Source: Adineta vaga (Eukaryota > Animalia > Rotifera). Taken from it: a DNA stretch of 64,000 nucleotides. Of this stretch, positions 1-14,030 are shown in pieces. The notes beneath the pieces are model-generated. The model saw only the letters and a list, made by a program, of their open reading frames with translations. It made no database searches and was not told the DNA's origin. Position 1 is the stretch's first letter. Each line of letters opens with the position of its first letter. A program made the position numbers and the translations under genes. The stretch spans positions 14,446,001 to 14,510,000 of the forward strand of contig CP075492.1 in assembly GCA_021613535.1 (NCBI GenBank), written 5' to 3'.

Positions 1-3000
1 TCTTTCTCTTGTTCTTCATCTAGTAGTTGTGCTAGTCGTTTTTTTGAACCACTATATGTTTTCAATTGATCTTTTACTTTTTGATGAATGTCTGGTAAAG
101 ATGCAGATTGTTGTTGTCGAAATAGATAAATATCCAATACAGTTTGCATTTGTTTTGGTGAACCATACATTTGTTTCAATTCAATCACTTCAGGTTCTAA
201 ACATTGTTGTACTAATTGTTCCATGATCGTATTGGTGAATGTTTCTTGATGATTTTTCCAATGAATATTTTGAAATGCGAGAACTTTCCGTTGATAACTC
301 AAGCTTTGTGCTGCCCAATGATGAAAACCATCCCATATTGAATGAATTGTATTCTGATAAACCCAACGAAGAATATCGATAGCATAGCTATTTCGTTTCT
401 TCGATATTCTAATCTGTTGATGAACTTCATTCGAACTCCAAAATGATAACGAATGACCATCTCCTAATCTTCGCATTCGCATACATGCTTGAACAAAACG
501 ATCTTTTGTTAAACCAGTTCCTAATGTTACAGCAGCATGAAATCCACTTGGAAATTTAAAATCTGTTCCTCGAGTGTGAATTTCATCTAGATATATGATA
601 CAACGATCAAGACGTTCACTAGCAGGAGATGTTAGAAATGAATGATGATGAAATTGACGATTACAAACTATAATCGAATCAGATTCTAAATAAATTGCAT
701 AATCAATTTTGGTTTTATCCGACATTTCTAACCATTTTATCGCAACTTCACGATTGGTTTGATCAATAAATAATGCACCTACATCAAGAATCACTTGAAT
801 CAATGATGTGTAATTGACGATTTCAGTTAAAATACTCATCGTGTTTGCATCCATGGGCAGCGATTGATATCTGTTATTTTCTGGTTTCAACAAATTATTA
901 ACAACGATTGCATCGGTTTTTCGAAGTTTAGGTAAATCATATTGGCGTATAGAAACAGGTAGAAGTAGTTGTGTATCATTCGTTCCACTGAATCCAGTGA
1001 CGCGATGTGTTCGGTCTGCTGTCGAAAGATCCCATGCTGATGAAATCAATTTATATGGAAATTGTTTTGCTTCTCGAGGATAGACAAAATGATTGAGAAA
1101 GTAGTTAATAACAAGCGTATTGTATCGTAATGTTGGAAAGAGATAACAAGTTCGTTGATAATAATCTTTCAAATTCACATTCTTCCATTCTTTAATACTG
1201 ATATGAATTTGTTCTTGATTTTCCTGAAATATCCATTCGTCATAGATCAGTCTAGGATCACGTTCTTCTTCTATCAAACGATTAAAACAGTCCATCATTT
1301 GTGAATCTGTTAAACCAGAATAATAGTAGGAAAGTTGAGTTAAAACAATAGCGACATCAATATGACCAAATTCAGTTTTTTCAGCTGCGACGTCTTTCGC
1401 ACGAAATGGTACAGCCATAAGACGATTAAACGAAGAATTTGGATTGACACCATAATTAACACGAAATCGTTTTTTCAATGCAACTAATAAAACTTCGGAT
1501 GATAATAAACCACGAAGAGTAAGAAATAATTGAATATCATGATGTGAAAATTGATTAATCAGAGAATCGATCGATGTATTCGAATTTAAAATTAAATTTG
1601 AAATTAAATCTCGCTCATTTTGACGATAATTTTTTCGACTGAACCAATCTTCAGCTATTTTCTCACACAAAGTTGGATATGGTTTGTTGCCTAATAAATG
1701 AAATTTAGGGAAATGATTCTTATGTTCAATGAATTCAAAAGAAACTTCCTTTGAAAAGTTTTTTGCAATATCAGATGCATGTTTTCTCACTGATTCTAGA
1801 ACTATTTGGATAGTTTTCCAACGTTCTATACCACCGTCAATCTGTTGTTGACCACCCACTGTATATATTAATTGATATTTAACATGTAAAATTTCATCTG
1901 ATTCATCGAGAATATCACGAACGAAATGTTTTGACCAACATTGCATGAATAACATTAAACGACCAATATCGAATTCCTTTCGTCGACATTTATCGATAGT
2001 AAGTAGATCATATGAAAGGATATCTTCCGGTGAAGTTAGAATAACATCACAATTATTCAATCCTTGTTTAAAACGATTAAAAATTTGACTCATTTGTGTA
2101 CTACTGAAATTCATATCACGCCGGCATGCAAATGGAAGAATACGTCGATTGAGTAAACCACCTAATTTATACCGTAATGATTGATGATTCATAGAAAATA
2201 GAGATTTCAAAACAATAATACGCACTAAACTTGATGATGATGAACTTAAATTCAATGCTAACATTGGCAAAATAACAGATGTTTTTCCTTCACCCATATT
2301 CATTTGCATAACGATATTTTTCGTTGAAGAATTATTAGACACTTGCGGATCCATCATATGACGTGCTACTTCAATCTGCGTTTCTCGTATGGTAATATTC
2401 ATTTCAAGTTCGAGAATTAACCAAAGAATATGCTTCGATGGTATCCAATTTTTATGAGGAACATTAGATATTTCTTTCTCAAAATCTTCCCGTTTTCCAC
2501 GATGAGCTAGATATAAAGCTCTTTTGATCTGTTGTTCAATAATCCAATTAACAATTGTTCCCCCAAGTAAAATGCATTGTTCAGTCGTCAAAATTAGTGA
2601 ATAACATTTCCTATCATTCATTCGCGCATTCATTGATGAACATTTCGATTCATCCAGCTGTTCATTTAACCATATTTTTTGAAAGATAGAAATCAATGTT
2701 GCAGGAAGAATTCGTTCCATTAAACCTGTTCGAAATAGCAACTCGTGTGAACATATAATTGATCTTTCTAATTCATTCCAGAATAATTCAGATTCTCGCT
2801 CAATTGATTTTAAGAATAGACGCATCTCTTCTAGCGTAGGATATTTTGTTCGATATTCTTTTGTTAAAATGAACGTGTTCCAACTCTCCATTAATTGATT
2901 TTGAAAATGTTTAGTAATATCACTGAGAGGATTAATTTGATGATCAATTGAAGAAAAGACTTCTACTGGAAATAACCTTTGTGGATTCGAAATTTCAGTC

Positions 3001-6000
3001 GATTGTAACGGTATAATGAAATTTCCTGAATGTGAATTAAGAAACTTTTGCTTTGCTTGATCGAATGTATTTCTATCGGTTATTGTATTAGCTGTGTCGA
3101 GTTGAAGATGATAATGATCTTCATATAATTCAACTTTAAATTGTTGAGTAGAAGTTGGCATCAACATTTTCAATTGACATATTTCAACACCAAAGAATTG
3201 ACGTTGAATGTCGAATAGAAATGAACGAAGTTGCTTGTTTCTTCGCCACAATCGCAACAAAGCATTAATGTCATTTTTGTTAATATTTTCGTCTGGAAGA
3301 CGATAATTTTTATAAGTCGTATCACTATCAAAACATCTTTCAATTTCTGCTAGTGCTGTAGCACGCTCTGATGAATCTAAGCTTCGTGGCAGGTAAATAC
3401 GGTCGGAACAAAACGACGATTCTTTAATATTGCCATAGTTTATGAACTCAGGATATGACAAGTATCCTGAAAATATCGATGACACATTCAATGTCGTTCT
3501 CAGCATCTGTAAGTAATATGGACGAATCGAACATTCTGCAGAGATATAATGTAAAAAATCTAGTAACAATTCGAATCGTTCGATTTCTATTCGATTACTA
3601 GTATAAATGTTTGATTTAAACTGATTAGCTAATTTGAATAATCCAATCCAAATATTTTTCAATCCAAAATCGCTAGTTAACCATCGATTTAAAGGGAAAC
3701 AATTTAATTCGTTACTATCCTTCAATGTCATATAGCCATCAGTATATAAAGAATCTGAAAGGGTAATCAAATCGTAGTTCGTTTTCTTTAAATAGTTGTA
3801 ACCAATCGTTTGATATTGTTCCGTTAATTTGTCATTTAGAAGTTCTGCTTCTATTTGCTCGGATAATCGGGCAGTAGGGTTGTATGAATCGCGATAATTC
3901 CAATAAAGTTTTGCTAATAACCGTTCGTTATATCCGTTAGAGTTAATTATTTTTGATACTGAATTATTCGTAGATGATAAATACATGAAACTCAGTTTTT
4001 GACTAGAGATTAAAAGTTTTTTTGTGAGAAAATAATAACCAAAATGTTGTATTGAATATGGTAAACTTCGAAAATTCCAATCTATTCGTTCCATACACGG
4101 AGATGTATTGGATAATAGTTGACTTTCGGTGTGAGAGAAGCGATTTGTCTAAGAATATTTAATGAAAGTTCGTCATAAGGTTGATCTGAATAACAACCAG
4201 CGGAATTTAACAACTGAAAAGCACGTTCCATTCCTGTCATTCCTGTATACAAATCTGGTATTGGTTGAGATGTAAATGCATGTAATAAAGCTAAATAGAG
4301 CCATCCCATTGGACTATCAGTCGACTGAAGGATACGTAATCGATCATTTAGAGTAAAAATAAAGTATTGTCGAAGACCTAATTCTGATGCTTGTCGTTCT
4401 ATAGTCACAGTATGATAACTATCAGATACTTTGCGATGAGGACGCATATTTCCGAAAGGAACGATCAATTTTTGACATTTATCATATTTGTTCTCTTGAT
4501 TGGTTGAAGCTGAATATGCTGACAGCAAAAGACCCGATTGTAAGCCACTCAATGTTCCAAAAGATTGATCTTCAGTGATACACATGTCAGAATACTCACG
4601 GGAAATGATTGCATTCAGCTGCCCATTGTAAGTAAAACGGAGACCTAATCGAGATAAATAAATATGAACAATAGCATCTTGAGATGTTATATTGGATGAT
4701 GCGATGATCTGTAAAGCATTTTCTCTCATCATGTAAACATAAGGATAATCATCGAGACGAGAAAAGTATCGTGCAAATAATGTATAGAAAAAAGTAGATG
4801 ATTGATTAATGAGAATGTAAGGTTGATCAGTGTCTTGAGTGATAATAGAACCTGTTCGCATGAATAGCTTATATGATATATTGTTTAAAAAATCGTTATT
4901 TGCGAAACGTACAGGTCGGAAGAAAATATCATGCGTTTTTGTATTTCTCCAATGGCTATGATCAGATGCCAAATTATTAGGTAATTCTTTTGCAAAAGTA
5001 TTGTGTGGAATTAATTGATATTCTTCGTTTGAACAAATATGTTGTTCATGAATTATTAAATGTTGACTACTCTCATTGAAATGAAATTTATAATGAATTC
5101 TTCCATTTCCATGATACGCTTGTTTAGTAATATAAGTGTTGTATATTCCTGTTGCTTGTACTTCAAAGACATGATTTTCAAATACTCGAATAAAACTAGG
5201 ATGTGAAGTAATTTTATGTGGTAAATATCCAATCGTCATACCATTCACTAAAAATACTCCATTGAGACAATCGATGGATACAATCACTTCTTGATATCGC
5301 CCATCGTACCAGCCATCATAAATATTTGTATTTCGTTTGTTCCATTGAATATGTGTTGCATTGTCATTTTGTAGTACTGCCCAATACATTCTGGAAAATT
5401 CGTTTAAACTTTGATACGATGTCTTATCTATGAGTTTGTTTACAGTTGGTTGTATTGCTACGATTATGCGTCCACCCACTCGCATTATATCTCGCATGAA
5501 ATCATTTTTGTGAGTTTGATTCTTGTTTAAACTAATATTTTCATGCATCGTAGTAACTGTTTTTAATATAAACATCACATGTTCATTGGTGGATAATATA
5601 CAATGAACATGATTCGAATCTGTCGAGAATGTCAATATACAGGCAAGAGCAATATTAGTTATTTTAAGACGTAAAACTGCTATTTGATCAATTTCTGTTG
5701 TTGATAACGTTTGGATACTTTTTGTGAGCAATTCGATCCATCTATTTCCAATTTCACGACAACGCATTACCAATTTCGTCATTTCAGCTTCTCGTGTCGA
5801 ATTACATAGAGTTAAAATTCGCATTATTATGATGATAACAATGAATAGAACGAATTCATTTTGCCAATTATACTTACAATCATCTAAACGATGTTTTAAT
5901 CTCTCAATCAATTCGTCAACAAAATGATCTTTGAGAATTTGTCGATGAGATTCTGTACACCAAGCATGAGCAGATAAGTTATCGGTTGAAGTTACTGGAC

Positions 6001-8611
6001 CATACTGCCATAGAGAATGGGCAATTAACATCACTACACTTTCTTCATCGAATGCCAATGAATCTAATTCTAAACTGGACAAAAGATTCCACCATTGTAA
6101 ATGATGACCCGAACGAAATGATCCGAATTCGATATGTTGGACAGATTTCATTTTTGACGGACATTCCGATAATCGAGCAATAACTTCATTCTGAACGAAT
6201 CTGGTACTGTTGATTGCAAATTGTAAATGACGATAATTAGGATGAACTAGTCGAGGAGTTAGCATACAACATTCATCTTCAAAACTAATCGATTTATTTG
6301 GTGAGATTTGCACTTTGAGAGCATTTTCACACAAGAAACTGTCAGCAGACATTGATGTGATCAATGGTGGTGTGGAATAATGACTTTGTGTTAATGATTT
6401 CACTGATGATACTAATTTCACTTGACAATCAGGTGGGCCAGTGTAAAATGGACTTAGTTTCTTTGAATGAGGAGATACTTTCAACCATTCATAATAACTA
6501 TCGTGCGATGGTCTCGGCTTTGGATGATTGATAAATTGCCAAACAACATCGCGATAACATCTGAATTCACTAGGCATCTGTAATTCAAAAATCACAGCTA
6601 AAGCATCTTCGCGACGAGTCGGTAATGGACATTCATAAATTTGCACACGAATATTATTTGCTGTATTCACCAATGAACATCGCTCGCATACTCTATGATA
6701 TCGGTATGTATCACATATGCATGAGAGTCTTCCAGCTTCTTCTATACATTTTTGATATTTTTTTTTGGCAAGAGCAACTTCTTCAAGTTTATCTTGTTTA
6801 TCCTTTTTGATTTGTTCGTGAATTTGTCGAAGACTTTCATTCATCGATTCGGAACTTTCGGCGAAAACAACACCAAAAGCATTCGATTGATTGATATCGA
6901 AAATATCTGGATAGATTTTTTCTTTAAAACTATCGAAAAAGTTATAGAGATGACGAGCTCGAACCATATCATCTCGATTTGGTAATGTTAAATATTCGAA
7001 CAGTTTCAAAACATTGGGAATTTTGAGGGTGTGCAATTTTAGTCGTTCGAATCTTTGATCGAAACATAATTTTTCATGCATTATTTGAATAAGAGTCATT
7101 GAATTAAGAAGAAATCGACTGTAACCAATCGGATCTGTAGAATTTTTTTCTGAACCATAATGTTTTAAAGCAATGTTTTGATAAGCTTCGAAGAAATTCA
7201 ACAAGACTTCAAAACGATTTTTCTCGTTATTTCTTGATGCTGGTCGATTTATCCATTGTTCTAAATTCGATTCTATCCAGATTTCTAAACGAGTTAAGAT
7301 AGTGTCAGTTGAATAGTCGTATTGACTTTCTAAAACTTCAATCGATGGGATGTAATCGATTGTATTTACATCTGTTAATAATAGATCGGTCTTGGGGTTC
7401 GTATACGATAATCTGTTTAATTGGTTTAATTGATGACTTTTCAGATGCTCTTTTAAATCTGTACACAAATGTTGATAAGTATGAATATGATTAAGTTCTT
7501 GTTGAAGCTTCAACCAAGATTCATTGTTGTTGTTCTTGTTGTAACTTATTTCCATAGCTTGTGGATGCACAAATTTGGAAAGAATTTTATCTAGTTTTAT
7601 TTTAATACCACTTAAGATAGTTTCAATCCATTCGTGCATTTCATTGAACACCGTTTTTGATATAAGAAACTCGATTTTGTTCAGTCGTCGTGTTATTTTT
7701 CGAGTACAATAAACTGATAAATCTGTTGAAAGATTTTGTGTTGAAACAAAATCAGTCAGAAATAAAGCAATCAATGATTTATAGATAATACGACCGTTAA
7801 TTCCCAAATCTTTGGTTAAAATTAATTGAAGAATAACTTTAATTGTCATCCATAAACCAGAACGACGAAACGGTTGTTGAGCATCTTTCCAACGAATATG
7901 ATCACGATGTTTCTTTTGAAATTGATAAGTTAAATCAGAATTATTTTTCATTTTTTCTCCTTGTAATTGTGAAATCCACCATTGACAAACATAATGTGCG
8001 ATTGGAACATCACGTACTTCATCGAAGCGAGAAACTCCTTTTCGGGATTTTGAACACTCGATAGTATTCATCATGAATTCAACTAATAATTCACATTGAA
8101 TCGAAGATGTCAACAGTGTTCGATCACATAATCGATATGTTGTTACCGGAAAGCAGGACAAATGACTTTCGATAGATGAAGTTATCGTATCTGTTGGTAG
8201 TAAAACTTGCCATGAAGAAATCAAAGGTTGTTCGGTAGTATCATGATCAATTTCAATGAGAATTGCAGCATTTTGAGCATGAAAATAGAGAGGAAGGAAT
8301 TCGCACGATTGTAATTGTTGAATGGATAATTGCAAATTTGATGGGGTGCAGTTTTTTGGATTTTGTATTACTGACCAACGTTGGATGCAATTTATTAACT
8401 TGGGAAAAATTGGTAATATACATTTTTCATCGAATGATTTAAAGAATTTAATGATATATTCAAGTAATTTGTATTCATTTTCATGTTGATTTTGAGTTAA
8501 ATAATCTTTATCTTCAGATGTTGGTAAATTAATTGGCAGAAATAAATGATTTAAAATAGATTCTTCAATTGCTTGCAACCGTAAAGATTTTTCTTCATCA
8601 TTATGAAACAT
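1..8611 (-). CDS. Giant DUF6606/DUF3638/DUF3645 protein (fungal/protist-type, P-loop helicase-like core), >2800 aa, 3' end runs off the window; one frameshift at ~4098
   Basis: N-terminus has ILNHLFLPINLP and KKHRDHIRWKDAQQPFRRSGLW. After the ORF-track stop (YYPIHLR-VWNE*), a -1 frame continues as CMERIDWNFRSLPYSIQHFGYY. That frame contains MQMNMGEGKTSVI (ATG at 2309, in frame with ATG 4094), DESDEILHVKYQLIYTVG (~1855-1907), MAVPFRAKDVAAEKTEFGHIDVAIVLTQLSYYYSGL (~1310-1418), GFSGTND and ACMRMRRLG. No introns were seen. Likely start is ATG 8611. Confidence 0.85.
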
Positions 8612-9588
8612 ATTTGGAAAAAAAACCCAAACACAATGCAAGCAAAATAATCTTTCTCATGATATTTAAAACGACTGTAAGAGAAGTAAAACTGGGTATT
8701 TTTCGCGATAAGAAAGAGAAATATAAATTTTAAATGAAATACTCGTAATTCTACGATTCCAATTAATGTCTCTATTGACAAATAAAGAAGTTGATTGTGC
8801 GTTACAATATATAGACGGAAATACTAATAGTAAAATGAAGAATAAATAATTTCTTTCTTTTAATTGCCTCTATATAGTTAGTCAAAGTAAAAAAAAATCA
8901 GAAAAATGCATCTACTTTTACATAAAAATGTACATGTGGTCATATTTCGGCATCGTTGAATTTTCGGAATATAGAAGTCTCAATTCCTATTCCCGTTTCT
9001 TTCGAGATGATATCAAATATTAATAATCACTCGATGAAATTGTTCAATTAATTTCAGACAAAACTATCATTGGTTGTCGAAAGAAAGCTGGTATGATTTA
9101 ACATCTCCACGAATGTGACACGTAAAATAATCATTCTGTTATCTTCATTTGTCAAAGTGCTGTGTCGATCAAAAAAAGCAGTGTAAAGAATTAATTTGTT
9201 TTTATTTCTCATTTGATTATCTTTATTGCTATGAGAGAATAAGAACTATATGCATACATGATTAGATACAACATGTAATTCTTTTTTTTTATCATGAAAA
9301 GAAGAAAAAATATTTATCGTTACAATAGTCTTCTAGCACTTATTATTTTATAAATTAGATATATAGAAAATGAATAAAAAAAAGATTTAGTCTAATAAGA
9401 ATTTAAGAATATTGATTTGAATATTTTTAGCTACCTAGAAAAGAAAGACAAAGATCGTTTTCTACTCAATGCTAAATCTATTTATTTCTACATACGTGTA
9501 CTAGTTTTGTAAACTTTGAAGTTGTGTTACTAAAGATATTCATCATACATTCATGAAAATCTCAATCTTAGAATATATTGCTACTTAC

Positions 9589-10312
9589 ATTGTTCATTAG
9601 TGAGAGTAAAATCGTTTAAAGTATTAAATGATGTTGCTCGAATTGAAGAAAGATAAGTTACTGTATAATCACCGCTGATAGATCCTGCTGTTTGTCGTTT
9701 ACGCTAAAACAAAAAAACAATGAATGATTTGTTTTTCGTTATAATACAACGTAGATATGAAATTTTAACTTACACGTTTCGTTTTAGCAAGAGCTGATGC
9801 ACTATTTACTTTTATTGTACTACCTTTGGTTTTTCGATTACTATCAAGTCGTTGTTGAAACTAATATTTATCGAAAAAAAAACACATTAAAGTATCGAAA
9901 CCGAGATTTATAATGATACAAACGATAGATTGTAAATATGATATTTGTGCCGCATTAAAAGCACCTGCCTGAAGTATTGTATTACTACTTATTGGTAGAA
10001 TAAAAGAGCTGGCTAATGTTTGTATTGTTGGTGCCGTAGGATCTTTTCTTGTATAAACAGGAATTAATGCTATCACGATAGTTGCAGCCAATAGAAATAA
10101 ACCTAAGGCAAGCAAACAAACACCAACAAGGGCAGGCCAGGCAAGACTAAATATAGATAATGATAACAGCGATAAAATAGAATGATCTTGTATTACCGTG
10201 GACGCTTTGGTTCTGCTTCTAATGGTACGATTTGATCGGCAGGAGGTATTTGAGGATATCCAATATGTTGTAATTGCATCATCTTTCGTTGATAGAAATG
10301 GATTCAATCAAT
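9589..10312 (-). CDS. Multi-exon lineage-specific membrane protein of unknown function (ends not resolved)
   Basis: Hydrophobic segment LAWPALVGVCLLALGLFLLAATIVIALIPVY, followed by exons flanked by GT..AG at ~9860-9775 and ~9703-9589. Confidence 0.45.
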
Positions 10313-12348
10313 CTGAAATTTACTAAACTATCTTTATTCTATTCAATATGCATATATATATATGTACAATATCAAATGTACAGAATATCACTACAGAAGA
10401 AGAAGAAAAAAGATGTGTCCTTCATGATTGAACGCTTGACTTAAGTATACTTCGTCTCTCTCTCTCATGGACGTGATAGATTAAGAGAAAAGAAAGAATA
10501 TGAGTATTTGATAGTCATTCAACACAGCAATATTATTTGACGTACGATTTTTGAATAGAAAACCGAGCTATCTAGCAATTTCATCGATTCTTTGATGATA
10601 TTAAGAGGTTAACTAAGTATATTTTATCTCTTGTTGATATTGATACTTATTCTTCATATCAAGGATTTATCTAGAAAAAAAACGTATTCAAAGCCTTCGA
10701 GTATATCCTTTCAAAAAGTAACGTTCATTAACATGATAAATGTCGATATGAATACTTCTCCATGATATATCTTTACTTCATGATCAAATTATTTCTAATA
10801 ATCTGTTACTCATTAAATGACAGATGACATGATAACTAAGTTATTAACGTACATATATATCTTATCGAATTGTACAAAAGAGATTGATATGAGTATTTTG
10901 ATTTATATCAGTACTAAAAAGAAGCATTTGATATTTATTTCATTATTAAACGATGTGAACACCAAAACTTCGTACACTTTCCGTTATCTTGTTAGATTAA
11001 TATATCGAAGAATAAATAGTTAGTTTTTTTTCCTATTTGAACAAATAAGAAAAATACTGAATGAAGACTTTCGTTAAAATCAGCTATTGAGGATGTGATA
11101 TTTCGATAAGTGTTAATCCATGTTTTGAGGCACGTTTCACATCGTAAAGAATTTGTTTTGTCTTATATTGATAAATGTTAAGTAGTGAAGAGATTTGATC
11201 AACTTATCGATAAATAGGTTTGTCAACATTCTTTTTCATTATTGTTGTAAAACATTTTCGTAGTTCGACGTACGTATACAATATCAAGGGTAAATGATCT
11301 ATTAATGCGGAGAAAATTTACAAATATTTAACTAACTTTTCGTTTCTTTAGAGAGATTCTCTGGCTCTCTCTCTCTCTAACAACAGATTTGTTAAGAGCA
11401 AAAAATAAAATACTTAAAGATAGTGTAAGATACTTTTTTTCTATAATAAAAGAGAATTTATGATTATTATCACTTTTATGTGAATAACAAGCGATTACGA
11501 TTTATTTCGATCAAGTTCGTATAATTAATTTCGCTTTTCTATTCGGTATGGTAGAAAAAGATTGAAAAGAAAAATGTAGAAAAGAGTAAGGAGAATATTC
11601 GACGGTTAGAATGTATGAATAAGAGAAATAATCTTCAGAAAATGAGAATAGACTTTATTAAATGAAAAATGAATAAGAATTCCATTCAGTATCTCAAGCA
11701 AAAATTGCTTGATGAAAAAATATCATTTTTTACTTTTTTTCGATTTAACGTCCTTTGCAACAACATAAGATAACCCTTTTGGGATTTAATGAAAGAAATC
11801 ATATTAGACGACGTAGATAATAATTTTGAAATAATAAAACAACAATCCTTATCTCTTTTATTATTAGGGATTTCTTTCTCAAAATCTTGAATAAAGTATA
11901 GTTATTGGTAAAAAAAACAACGAAAAACTAACAAATATATGACATCGATATCTGTTCATTGTATTCGATCGTACATAATCACATGATTTCAACTAATAGA
12001 AATATTTGACTTCATAAGCCAATCAGACTAGATATGTTTCAGACATCTTATCATAGTGTCCTCTGATGAATTAATTCTTCTCGATATTTCTCCACCTTTT
12101 CTTTAATCAACTATATATTCAACATTTTTTCTTTCGATCTTTTCGCCCGCATTCTTCTATTCACATCTTGTAAATTAAATTTTGATGAGGATAGGAACAG
12201 TAGGTATCGCGGTTAGTCAAAGAAAATCTTTTTTTTTCATATCCTACTGCGCGACTATTGATTAGTTCTTGAAAAGAAAGAGGAGTTGTCAGTTTTGTAC
12301 AGTTCAATGAAATATTTATATATTCATTTCTTCTGTAGATAGAGTGCT

Positions 12349-13731
12349 ATGTCGCAAATATTAAGTTTGATTGTAATAATGAGTATTATGTATCATTCGA
12401 TACATAGCTCTCCAACTGTCAACTCTTCTGATGTGAATATCACTACAACTACAGCTACAACAAAAAATAAATCGTAAGTCCATGTTTTTAGCAACTAAAT
12501 CTCTCAATATTTATTTAGACTTTCACCTCCGTATCTTCGACCAACATGGATCGATATTGATCTTGATATTGTTCGCACTAATGTTCAGAATCTCAAAACA
12601 TATATCGGTAATAACGTTCATCTGATGGCTGTGGTTAAAGCCAATGCATATGGTTATGGTATTATGGAAATTACGCGTACTGCATTATCCGCTGGTGCTA
12701 CTTGGATAGGCGTTGCCACGTTAGACGAAGCACTTGTTCTACGTCGTGAATTTGCAAAAAATATTCCAATTCTTGTTCTCGGTTACGTTCCTACGGAACA
12801 TTTATCACGAGCTAGTGAAGCAAATGTTACTGTAACGGGTATTTCATTGGAATGGTTTCAGGAAGTCGATCGTGTTATTCAGCAACCATTAGATTTTCAT
12901 CTTAAAATTGATACAGGCATGAACCGACTTGGTTGTAGAACAGAAGGCGAAATAAAAGCAGTTCTAGATATTGTTGCTCGCAATCAAAATTTACGTTTTA
13001 AGGGTGCCTTCACTCATTTTGCAACATCCGAAGACCTCACGAATAGAACGTATTTTTTGCGTCAACTTGATCGATTCAAACAGCTTCTGGATGTCATTCC
13101 GAATCGTACTGAAAAAATTATTCATTGTGCAAATTCAGGTGCTACTCTATATCATGCTGAAAAACCTTTCTATAACATGGTACGATGTGGAAAAGCATTG
13201 ACAGGTCCACCTAATGAACCATTGAAAAACAATTTGCCGATTTCACTTCAATCAGTCATTTCTCTTCATTCCGTTTTGAGTCTTGTCAAAGAAGTCGAAG
13301 CTGGTGAAAAGGTTGGTTATGCCGATAAATATACGACACCAACAAAGCAATGGATCGGCACGGTACCAATAGGATATGGTGATGGATGGCATCAAAATCT
13401 TAAACCATCTGGTGTACTTATCGATGGCAAACGGATGGAGATCGTAGGACGTATTTCAATGGATCAACTCATGGTTGTTCTTGATCGTGAATATCCTGTT
13501 GGAACTCGTGTAACTTTTATTGGTCAACAAGGCAATTTAACAATTACAGGAGATGAAGTTGCTAGTAACGCAAATATTCCTCGATCAGAAGTTTTCAGTG
13601 CAATATCAAGTCGTGTACCACGTATCTACAAAGACAGTAGAACAACTAGTGCTTCTAATAGTCAACATTCTTTACATGAAACTATCTATCTTCTAGGAAT
13701 AGTACTTTCTCTTTACTTTACTGCTAACTAA
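12349..13731 (+). CDS. alr: Alanine racemase-family PLP enzyme (bacterial type) with N-terminal signal peptide and C-terminal GPI-anchor-like signal, ~445 aa
   Basis: Exon 1 12349-12473, intron 12474-12518 (gtaagt..tttag), exon 2 12519-13731; phases match. Motifs: RPTWIDIDL, AVVKANAYG (PLP Lys), HLKIDTGMNRLG, THFAT, HCANS, VGY (catalytic Tyr), GYGDG, GRISMDQ, RVPRIY. Confidence 0.95.
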
Positions 13732-14030
13732 GTAATGATTTAACTTTCTTTTTTTTTATTAAACATCTTTTCATGAATAACATGTTTAAAAAATATCAAA
13801 TCACTTCTAAAGTCAATTATAGTATTATTGTTTCATTTATTCCCACACTGGAATCTATTAGATGTTATTTTATGACGCATTGTTGAGTCATAATACTATA
13901 TAGGAAAAAGCACTATGCAAACATGATGTAATTATCTGAATCATTCTATGTATATATAAAATGACACGTTACTTCGATTCGTTCTTTCACTTCCTTCGTC
14001 TCAAAGACCAATAACACACATAGCTGACAT

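Noticed and set aside
4082-4110. Programmed ribosomal frameshifting at this or the other breaks
   Set aside because: No shared slippery heptamer or obvious stimulatory structure; single-base homopolymer loss explains the breaks more simply.
5724-8064. Short plus-strand ORFs inside the DUF3638 gene, and similar antisense or alternate-frame ORFs over the MFS, GPCR, polycystin and GNAT genes
   Set aside because: They are shadows of real coding sequence and show no motifs of their own.
12349-13731. alr (and the RimL-like gene) as bacterial contamination or a chimeric contig
   Set aside because: alr has a spliceosomal intron and eukaryotic targeting signals, base composition matches the flanks, and the neighbours are intron-rich animal genes.
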